A DNA stretch of 64,000 bases. Source: Trichoplax sp. H2 (Eukaryota). Of this stretch, positions 1-12,000 are shown piece by piece. The notes under the pieces were generated by a model. The model was not told the origin of the DNA. It worked only from the letters and a program-made list of their open reading frames with translations, and made no database searches. Where the stretch lies: assembly GCA_003344405.1 (NCBI GenBank), contig NOWV01000204.1, forward strand, positions 62,001 to 126,000. Direction: 5' to 3'. How positions within the stretch are numbered: position 1 is the first letter of the stretch; every line of letters begins with the position of its first letter. The translations under genes and the position numbers were made by a program.

Positions 1-3000
1 TCTCAACAAAACGAGGGAAACGAAGAACTTCTGCACATAATGATTCAGCTTGTGATATTCTACCAGTAAGTTCTTTGATTTTTTGAGATAATTTCTCCAA
101 CGTTAGAGTCTCGTCTTTAATCATAACGCTATCTTCTGTTTCATGAAGCGATCGACGAACACTAGCTTGCTCTACAATCGATTCTGATTATTTAAAAGCA
201 AAGCATTATTAATATTCATGAATATGAGCATTATAGTATATCCTATTCTTCATTACAACAGTTATTATTACTGGATTACAGTTTCAGGATGCAAGTCATG
301 GAGGTACTCACTGCATATAATGTTTTATGATTAAAATATGGATACATTACTTTACCGATCTGACCGATTAATGCACGTAAATGCATCCTAAGTGAAACAT
401 CACGAGTATCTAAGTGAGATGATCTATTGTCATAATGAAAGGAAAAGTGTCTACAATGTCTACTTTAGAGTGTTATGTACAGTATCTATCATATATATTG
501 CAAGACAGCAGGAAGATGCAATTTGCCAGCCTTCAAAAGTAATCCAACATTGAAATGAATAGCTCAGGAGTACGTAGAAATATCAAAATTAAATTATTCT
601 TCAGTTAACTGTCAAGCTTCCAGTAAGAATGGTAGCTTTTTTCCTTGTTGCTATAGCAATACGTATGTCAGCATCATGGAAATAGACTTATAATAAATGA
701 CAGCCTATTCATACGTGTATAATTAAACATTTCACCACTGCCATATTATAATGCCATAGAGCAGGTTAATAAATTGAGGCAAATGATCAGAGAAAAAATA
801 GCTGTCGGAACAACGTCGATGGTACTTGAAATTCTTACTAAATCATTTCTATTCACAACGACTTGGCAATGTAAAGCGGCTATCTTAAATATATCAAATA
901 TTATTCGTCTAATGGTGTAATAGAATGATATGATTAAACATAAATCAGTAGGCAGAAATAGGCCATTTTTTAATTCTTCGAGTGCCAGTCTATCCTTACG
1001 CGTACAGTATTGAGTATTTCAATGTGTTAATTTTATACACACTATTTTCCAAATCATTCGGAGATGATGATAAATGACTGTTCTCTATAATGATGAAAAT
1101 CTTTTTTAAAAATCCATACAACTAATTTTCTACGATGAAAAAATAAGAGGTGCAATTACTATGCACTTGCACTTGTTACTTCTCATCAATAATATACTCT
1201 TAATTTTCGTCCAAGAACGATCTTATATCTCGTTAACCTTAATTTAATTCCTAGAAATGACTACACTACCAGTTTAAAAGCTATGAATTAAATATTTTAT
1301 TAGGTCTTAATTTTACAGTACAGTATATGCATAGGATAGTCACCGATGATTCCGAGATTTCGAAATAAGTCAAAAAAGGTTAAAAGTCTTGCCATGATGG
1401 AAAGGACGATGAAGAATAATATAAAATCCGTCAATGCTGTCAATCTCAATAGCACAACGATACTTGAAGAGGGTAAACGCAATAGTAATGCTGCGATTGA
1501 TTAATTAATTAATGTACTGTAATTGCTATTATTATCAAGACATTAAGAATGAATCTTATCTTTCTACGAACTTGTAGAATAATGCATAAATACATGATAA
1601 AAGGCTTCGAACATAAAATTTTCAACATTTTTTCAACTGTTATCTTCCTTTATCTTATTCTTGGTAACGAATGATTATTGGCAATTGGAAATATCAATGA
1701 TAACATAATTGTAATCATCCTGAACATTAATTTTTACTAGATAGTATGATTGTACTGTTACAGAGGGAACATCAAGTTGGATAAACAGCAATAGGGTGAT
1801 CAAGAGCTGGAGAAAAGTTACCTGATGAATTGGAAAAGATGTAAGCATTTACTCTTCCAGGAAGTTGAATTAGTAGCAACTAAGATACGATGACAGTATA
1901 CTGGACTAATTATAGTGTTTGCGTTGGTCATAGCGAGACCATATGCTTTCCCAATGCAATTATCATCTATATGCAAGCATAGCTGTGGAATCCATGCTGT
2001 GGGAATGGCATTGACTAGAATAAAAGATATGACATCCAGCTAATATGATAATGTGGTTTAGCCTTGTAAATTGACTACTAATAATTCTTCCATACAGTCT
2101 AATAATTAATAAATGAATTAATAAATCTGATTGTAGTTCAGTACCATATATCTTGGCTTTCATTTGGAGACCTTTCATAATGGCTAAAATATGCTCAGTC
2201 AATCGCGATATGTTACTCTACAACTACATCGTACAAGGACGAAATTAAAGTATGGGCACTCTTTTGCAGTCTCTGCCATTACGCTAAAAACATAATTTGG
2301 ATTGATTAGTAGAACAGGGATCCCTTCATCACGATATGAAAGAGTAAACAGCAAATGGAATAGATTAAATTTTTTCTCGGCCAATCGGAGCATAGGTAAT
2401 AAATAAGGGAATAAGCAAGTTTACCTTTAAAAGAAATATTGACTGTCACGATTGAAGGCGGTTATTCTACTGCATAAAGTATTCCACCACGTTAATTTTA
2501 GAAATTGAATCTGCTTCTAGACGACGAAATGGACAAGCATGGAGTTGTAACATCTCTGCACTATTTTACACCTGCAGTTAAAAAACGCCTGGATCGAATT
2601 CCGTTCAAATGCAATGCCCCGAGGCCTAAGTACTCCCTGAGTATTCTATCGTAAAATGAATCCGTATCCATCTATTTATTTTATCTCTGTAAAGCCAACT
2701 ACCCCATTCATCAATAATACCTTTAACTTATTGCCTTATCCCTTGGATTTGCTACTTTCTACTCTCCAATCGTCAGTACCATTGATCGTCTCAATATGTA
2801 ATCCCCTCGAGGCGGAATGCACACATAGGTATTTAACCGACTGTCTCTATTCAATTTGTCATGATCAATTAATTTAATTCCTAAGTACAAAATCGAACAT
2901 GGCTACTTTTTAAGCTTGTTGTTAGGATTATAAGCTTTCGTCGTTGCAGATTCAATGCACCAACTGTAGAATTATGGCCTAATAAGACCAGTAGCTAATA

Positions 3001-6000
3001 ACTAAAGCTAGAAAATACTCGTCGTTGAATGTCATCTGGCCGTATCTAAAATTCTAATATTCAAAATCGGAACTTTCAGCTTCAATTTTTACCTACCCAA
3101 TCTACCTAACAGATTTAAATTCACGATCGGGACTCGATGCTTCGATGATCTTACCATGAGATCCTCGATTAGCATTCGTAACGCGCAATTAATAAAAAAA
3201 ATCAAGATGTTTATCAACACATCTGCAATTTTCGTGCATAATTTAGCACTTTGTACTTCCCACGGTAAGGTGAAATCTAGCTATAGTGTGCTAACTTGCT
3301 TTTATTGCGCGATGGAACAGTCTAAAACGTAATCACTCTCCTTCTCTTACCCTTGATGCATTGTAGTGGATAATGCTAATCATCGATATATTTTGGTCTA
3401 TATTTTAATATGGCAGTACATTCTATCATCATCATATAGAGCGTACATAGATGGAGGATAAAATTATACAAAGATAATCACGTAACATGTCTGATGAAGA
3501 ATCCCCAATCAAAATGGCTTGTGTACTGCACTGTAATGGTTAGTAAGTATACTCTAAGTAGAGATCGATTATAAACCCTTGTTGTTGAGGATAAAGTGTA
3601 TTACAGGAGGAAACTACGAAATGAAGAAGGTGAATCAAAAATCATCTTCTTTACACCAGGCATAAATTGGATGATGAGATATACTACAGAGGATTGAATA
3701 TAGCCCTTGTAGATTTTCCCCTATCTAATTATAAGCGTATTACTACAGAAGTGAAAAGAGGATCATGACTGCAATGCTCAATAGGATCAAATTTAAACCT
3801 TTCCATCATTCATTGCTGTTGATATTCGTATCTTCACACCTTACTGTCATTAGGTAAATTGGGTTAAATCGCTATTTCAGTCCTATGCACTAGCTGAGAT
3901 ATGCAACTGTCCAGCATATGTAAGTACTAAAATGAGCGAGTTTAAACAATGTGTTGGCGTAGTACGGGTTTAGAAAAATAATTCCATGAATTTACAGCAA
4001 TCGTCCTGTCATGAACATAGAAACTTAACCGATGGAGTGCTGGATTTAGAAATGCTATGCAATCCAGTCGTAGTACATCTTTACACATCAATAAAAATAA
4101 ATAAATAGATAAATAAATAAATCGATAAATAAATAACTAAATGTACGGCCCAAAAGTAATATAGTGATGGCAGTAGAGGTGATCTAATCGGGTAGTGTAA
4201 TAGCTTGATAGGCAGTAGTAGTTTATAAATGTGATGACAATGAACAATCATGAAATCTTCTCTAACAACAACCCAATAACAGTGCATAATTATAATCAGT
4301 AGCAACAACAAAGATGTTTTGGCTTAGCAAGAAAAGAGAACTTTCCGATATCCCTACGTATTTACAAAGAGTAGGCTATGCACTTAAGTTACTAAGAAGA
4401 TGATCTTCATTTCTAATATCTTGAAGAAGAATTGTATATATGTCTGACTGTTGTTGATAACGAGAAAAATGGTTTTGGTATCCATGGGTAAACTTGCACA
4501 ATATATTAGTAGAGCAAAAAGTGATGTTTTAGTCAATGAGAACGATATTCCATATCTGCAGTACAGTATAGTATGTAGGATACTATATTATGGATTTATA
4601 CCACGATGGAGGGATTCTAATTTTCTTAACAAGTGGCAAGAAATAGAGATGCCTGACTATTGTATGTCTGGTACACATGAACGATCATTTTTGCCCTGGC
4701 TTACCTGCAAGGGATACTTCCATAATCATTTGGAGGTCACTGATAGATGTTTCAACAGCTTCATCGAATTCTTCCGGACGAAAGTAGCGCAAAACAGATT
4801 TAAATTGCTTAATTATTGATGTAATTTCTCCGCTATACATCGAAGCGGCAGCACTTTCGTAAATTTCAGCAATTTCTTGACACAAAGTAGCAAATTTTAT
4901 CTTGTATTCTGGAATTTGTTTTTCAATTTCCTAAATAACGAATGCATAAGAATAAACGTGCACAAACTCATGGCATAGGTGTATACTTTAATACTTCTAT
5001 TAATTACAGTCTATACAGTAAGCGAACAAATATACTTCCAAGTTTAATATTTATCCGTATATCAACATGTAGGCTACTTTCAACACTTTATAGCCTACCT
5101 TTGCACGAGTAGAATCATTCACGGTGCGTGCAATGCTAATGGCTACTTCAGCTTTGCTCAGCCAATCAGTAAAGAAACTAAGATCGCCGCGCACTTTTCG
5201 ATAGAGTTCAATAATTTTAGCAAATTTTGCAAATCGATTTTGTACGTCTAACGTATCCCATTTATCTTGCAACATATTTAATCTAGCCATTTCCTCTTTG
5301 ACGGCATCATCCCGAGATTTTTTGTCAGCCTCGTCAATGCTAGCTTTCAGATCAGCAAATTTGGTGGGCACACTTTCTAACAACTGCTTAGTATTCTATA
5401 ATCAGAAAAGAAAATAATGGTCAAATCAACTCGAATTATTTCATTATACAATTATTGGGCACTACTTGCAGTATGTTAATCATATAATGCCATTCAACGA
5501 TAGTAACTTATTGAATCATGATACATACTATTACCTTGACGTTATAATCAACTTTGGATATATCTTGGAGGTACTGCCTGTTTAATGTCTTGAAAGACAA
5601 TAGAGCATTAACGGTGGTGATATCATCTTCAATTTGATCGATATTTGAACTTAATTGCTTCTTCTTCTCAACAAGGAATAATTTATCTGTTAGTGATTGC
5701 CACAACAGATCAGTTATAGCCATGTCTTCTTCAAGGACTTTATTAACACCTTTCCTTTGGACAAATAATAACGTCTTCTCGCCAAGATCATCGACAACAC
5801 GTTGAAGATTTTGATACTCATCAAGAATATCCTGTTCATGTATGTAAAAATTTATTAACCTCTATGAAGATCGAAGGTATCATTCAAAAAGGCTCACAAG
5901 CTACAAGAATATTGCATCAAAACATAGTTCTACTGATTAATATACTTACAAGCAATTTATTTTCGGCAATATCATAAGTAAGTTGGCTAAGAAGCTTTTC

Positions 6001-9000
6001 TATTTCGTCGCTAAGATTTTTACGCTCCTTCTTTGATTCCTTCATAAACTGAACGTACTCCTGCAGGTAAACTCGCATTCCGACGCATTTATCGTTAATA
6101 TCTGAAATCTGCTTCTTAAAGGTTTGAATATGAGTTCGTAAGGAATCCAAACTCTCTGCTTCAGCCATATTGGCTAATACGCTACTTTTCTGATCAAACT
6201 CGTTAAATCTAATTTGCCATTTAATGATTTGATGTTGTATTGCCTAAAAAAGAAATCGCGAGACAATCACAAAGACTGAAATAATATTTAATTCAATTGG
6301 ATGACCTACATTATTAAAATTTTTACGAAACTCCATCATTAGCATGATTACCAATTTCCACTGTACTACTAGGAGTTCTTTAAGAGATGAACTTACTATC
6401 CTGACAAAGTTGTTGCATTACCTTACTCCATTCCAAATCTTCTTCGGATTGATCTAGTCTTTGGGCATAATCTTTTCTTTCATTAAGTTGTTTATCAGTT
6501 TCACTAAGCCAACTATGCAATTCATCACTTTCTTTAGAGCATAAATCGGCTATCGTGAACGCGGTCTCGAAAAATTTAATTTTGTTGTCAATTTTGCTAT
6601 TTAATGATTGCCAATAGCTCTTTAATTTGTTGACCTGTACTTCAACATCAGCAACATTTAATTTTTCTTTAGCAGCAATTTTAGAAGGGCTTCCAATAAG
6701 AAGTGTTTGCTGAATATCGGTTTCTATGTCGGCAAGGCCTGATTTTAATACCTATAGATGTGGTATATAATGATGAAAAAAATTAGAGTATCAATGATAG
6801 TGGCGCTTATCTAGCAATTATATGTTTTGCTACATTGAGGAAAAATGCATAAAGTTCGTTCACTTACACGACAACGTTCCAAATAAGATGTAATACAATC
6901 AGTATCAGCGCTAGTTAACTTAATTGAATCCAGTGTACTCTTTGTCGATTTGAGAAATGAATCCAAGGTGGAAATCTTTAGAAAAAAATCGGAAGCTTTG
7001 TGATAATCCTGGTGACCTGCTGTAATTTTTTGCCAGCGTTGTTTCAACTGATCCAGTTGGTTGGATAAATAGCAGTTATTTTTTTTCTGTTGCGGTGATC
7101 GCTTTAATACTTTTAAAATCATTTCTTGCGATGTAGTAACCAATCCTTCATACTTGAGAAATTCGGCGTTTGTCTAAGGAATGAATATATTTTACCATAT
7201 AAATGCAGAAGTATTGTAAACAGGGTATCGCGTAAGAATGTTATGTTGAAATTTTAATTTTCCTACCTCTTCCATCCTTTCAACGGAACTAGTAATGGGT
7301 GTTTTATAGGTTGTTTCCATTTGATCGCACCATTTAAAAATTTTGTTTAACTCAGTCTCAATCAGTTGAGTCTGCTTGAGGACTTCTGATAGATTGGATG
7401 TGGCGGTCTGACTCTCTGTATAAACAAATTGCCAATGGCTTCGAAGACTATTCAACTTGTGATTTACTGTACTAAGGTAGTGATCATTGTCGAGGGATTT
7501 TACAAGATCTTTCGCATGTTTTTCAACATCATCAAAGCATCGACAAGGATGACCTTCTAGTAATTCCTTTAACAGCTAAACGATTTCGTCGTGGTAAAAA
7601 ACATGTTAAAAGCTAATAATCTGTAGTAATAAACGCTAATGATGATATTAGCTATAAATAACGATCAAAGTGATTATACTATGCATACCTGAACATGCTG
7701 ACCTACAATACGATAACTACCGCCAATGTGATCTGTTGCTCTGGTAGTAAATTCCTTTAGATTTACTATCCAGCTGTTTTCTTTATCAAGGAATCTATGG
7801 AAACTCTCCATTTGCACTAGTTGTTCTTTCAACCTTAATAGTTCATCGCGTACATGATTGACTTGTTGATTTACGATATCAGTATGATCTAAATGGTTGA
7901 CACTGCCAAGATCTTTTAATGAATGTCCTACGGTTTGCATTACTTCTAACTGGGATTTCAATTCTGTTGTTATAATATTCTAAAGTGATCCAATCAGAAA
8001 TGACTGTTATTTAGAGAAATTCACAGTGTACATTATAATTAATAGATATGCTTACTTTCAGCTATCTTACAGATCGAACGATAATAGAATTAGTGAAAAT
8101 AATATATTTTGACTGAAGATCATGGATGAGAGGTCTAGAATTAGTTAGAATTTGTGAATTGACGATTTAATAAAAGTCCTGGAATAGGGTGATCTTTCCT
8201 TGTAGTGTTACACGAACATTTCTACCTGCAGCTTCGAGAACTCCGAAAGTGCCAAAAGCAAATGTAGCATAATGTTACTTTGAAATAGCAACATGTTAAC
8301 TCAAATCATTACTTTGCTGCTGAAGATAGTGATCCAATAAAATCAGGGCAGCCATAAACTGTAGATTTAGGATTACAACATTTGCAAGGGAAAGCTTTCA
8401 CTCAACGCATTTCTAATTAAGACTACCAAGTTGGCCGACCATCTGTCTGAACTGAATTGAAATGATAAAGTTATTCAATTTCTAAATCATAAGATCGACT
8501 TGATACGTTTAATACTACAGTACCCCCAATCTCCTATGGAAAATTGCACTGGAATGCTGCTGCCGATGTATAGCATATCTAAGTATTTGTAGGGTGCTTC
8601 GAGAGGAGTCATTATTTCTTTATATCAATGTTAAATTAATTTTTTTAGTATGAGAATAAATGACCTTATTGTAAGATGAAATCTTGTGAGCCTAAGTTAC
8701 ACACGTGTAGTGTGGATTTAAAATATGGTTAAGGAGCAAGAAGAAAGGTTTCTTCTTCTAACTACTTCATTAGGCAGGTCAAAAAAAAATCAGTAGTACT
8801 TTTATAGTTCATAAATTACTCACGTTGCTTATTTGCCTGCCTATTAGAATCATTAAAATGAAGTTGACAAATAGGATGGACAATTGGCAACATAGGCTGT
8901 ATTATCGGAAATATGGCTTATGAATCATAGGTAAGTACTGGTAGAAAATTCTTATAATGCTATACATCATAAGAATGACATTTTAGCTCAGATCATTGGT

Positions 9001-12000
9001 TTTCTATGGACAGTTGTAAGTACTTTAGATTCATTACCATCATGGAGTAATCTTTATTTCGTTACTTTAATGTTAACTCTTCACTACCGTCGTAAATGAA
9101 GATGTTTCTGTAAGTATTTAATGTTACATTTATGGTAATGTTATTCTTGAATATATTTTCTTAAGTAAATAAAATTGATTTTTAGTAGTTGGTAGTATCC
9201 AGTAAGTAATACAAGAAGACTCAAAAGTTCATTATATTAATGAGAGGGTCGAAAGAAGTTTTTTATATACGCGTATAGCCATTGGAAAAGCTTGTCACGA
9301 TCTCGGTCGATAGTTGTATTAAGTTCGGCCAAAGTCTTGATTGTAGCATAAGAATTTATCAACCAACTCTCCGCTCTATTCATTGATCTACAAACACGTA
9401 TCGTTTTGCCATTCTACTAGATAAATAGACTAAGTTATATTTACAGTTTGTACCCCTATAATGATGGGATCGCCAGGATCATTGACAGTCGTCTATTTTT
9501 TTAGTTACTGTATAGACTATAGGCTTGAGTAATGTCTAGTTGAAGGTGATTATATAATCTTGATATTGGGCAAGTTGCATCGAAGCTGGTCTAACTGGTC
9601 AACAGATGCCATAGAAATAGGAGAGCATATTGAATTTGTTAACTTAAGGAAGTGAAAATTTACATAAGCTATTATTCTTCAAGCTAGCGTGTATATGCAA
9701 GTCTATTTAATGCTCTATTACTCATATTAGTATTATGAAGAACGTTTGCATAAGTGCATCCTTGACTGTCTGACTTTCCTTCAAGAGCTTTACATCAAAA
9801 TGCATATTTGTCGTGACCAAATGTGAGGGATTCATTTCATAAATAGCTATAACAAACTTTCATATTATTATTATTATCCACTCTACCACAGTGTCTTCAT
9901 CGAAAGAGAGTGCTGACAGGCTTGTTTCTTTCTTATCGTCTTAACTGCAATCGCTATAGTTATTCCATGTTAATGATGGAAAAAACTTATTTCATGTATT
10001 CATTCTTTCTCGCAAAGTTGCCATACAATCATGTTCCAGTCTACTAGAGGGTGTTAATCTAAAGAAAGAGGTTGATCAAGTTGGATTTTTCTACATTGTG
10101 GAGGAGTGAATTTGGCATAACTATTCTCCACGATATACTATATCTCTCTATTGTAAGCCCCCGTTGGACGAGACCGATCTATCCATTTCATCCATTACCT
10201 ATACTAAACTCCGCTCATGATTATCCTATAATCTACGGAAGTATCCTAATCGTAAGAAAGTGTTTACAGACTCGATGGACACATTTTGGGAATCCAATTA
10301 GCATGACTCTTCCTGACGCCATCTTGGTAATCATGTTGCTACAGTACATCAAGCTCCTGTACAATTAATCTGCATTACTGGAGTAGGTTGATCCCTAGAA
10401 AGTGTCGATAGAGTTGTTTTTTTCCATGTTTAGCGTGAAATAGTTACGATTGTTGGTCAAGATGTTGAAAATGAGGATAGTCACAGGTGAAGAATCACCA
10501 TAGAAACACCATGGCATGGGATGTTACTGGCTATGGGCTAAGTAGCGTAGCTTGTGATTAATGCATCGACAAGCTCTTTCCTGTTATTTAGCATTACTAC
10601 TAGAATGGAATGAAATTACTACAAGACTGTAGTAATACTCTTCCAAATGGATCCTGATCACGATATCGAGAAATCTTACCAACGTCGACGATTGGATTGT
10701 AAAAGCTAGATGCAAGATTGATTTTCAAACGGCCTTCTTACTATAGACTGATAGCGTTGTGGTTGTGTTACTATATTAGTAGGTAGACAGTAGCATGAAA
10801 TCACGACTGTCTAGTCAATAAATGCCACTCATCAATGCCTATCGAGAATAATACTACCACTGGATGGATATTACTAACTCTCCTTACCTCGATATCCGCT
10901 AATTTGGCTAGTGTTGTCTCCAAACTACTAACATCAGCATTTGGATGGAGGACATTGCTTTGGGTCATTTCCATCCACTGGCGTACAGCGTTCATTTTTC
11001 CTTCTGAATCCTAAAGTAGATGAATTGACAAGATTAATAGGATGCTACAAGAGCCACAAATTCAATCAGCTTGCTTGAATATCCAATTTTACAGGCAAAT
11101 ATTGATTTTAAGGCAAGTTTGCAATGGACTTTCCCTCCATAACTGCAGCGTGGGTCGTCAACAAGTGGACAAATTAACTCGATATTGGCACAAGGAAATT
11201 TTGTCCCCATCGAGCATTGAACTAGACTGCCAACTGTAGTCATGACTAAAACACTACCCTCCTAACGTCTCAACGTCCATCGTCATGGCCTTGCCAGTAG
11301 CAAAACGTAAACGATCACTTTGATAACTCTACAGTATAGCAATAAATCAACGTATGATACACTATACTAGCCACCAATCATATTTATATCCAAGCTCAAT
11401 CTCAACAAGATTGCACAGCTGGACTTGGACTGCACCTCCATCATTCGGCAATGGCATGGGATAATGTCCCTTTGAAGATATTTATTTTTGCTTTAATTGC
11501 TCATCATGGTGTCAGCCATGATAATAAATATTATTGCATAGGGAGCACCAACGTTACTGTCCTTAAATTTATAAATGATGACCTCGTCCACAGCGGTATC
11601 ACTGCATGCATTTGCTATCGATGATGGCGTCTGCAGGTTGTTGAGAAAGTATGCGATGTTGATTTTTGCAAATAATGCTCATCATGGCGTCAATCACGAT
11701 AATAAATACTATTGCATAGGGAGCACCAACATTACTGTCCTTAAATTCATCAATGATGGCCTCGTCCACAGCGGTATCCACAGCGGTAACCACTGCATGC
11801 ATTTGCAATCGATGATGGCGTGTGAGGGGTTGTCGAGAATGCATGCGATGTTAATTTTTGCAAATAATGCTCATCATGGCGTCGATCATGATAATACAGT
11901 AAATTCTATTGCATAGGGACCACCAACGTTACTGTCCTTAAATTTATAAATGATGACCTCGTCTACAGCAGTATCATTGCATGCATTTGCAATCGATGAT

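Noticed and set aside
647..660. GTTGCTATAGCAAT, near-X-box palindrome in a dystrophin intron
   Set aside because: Mismatch at the terminal C and no evident nearby TSS; plausible by chance in AT-rich DNA.
4451..4819. 122 aa plus-strand ORF
   Set aside because: Overlaps a dystrophin exon antisense and has no recognisable motif.
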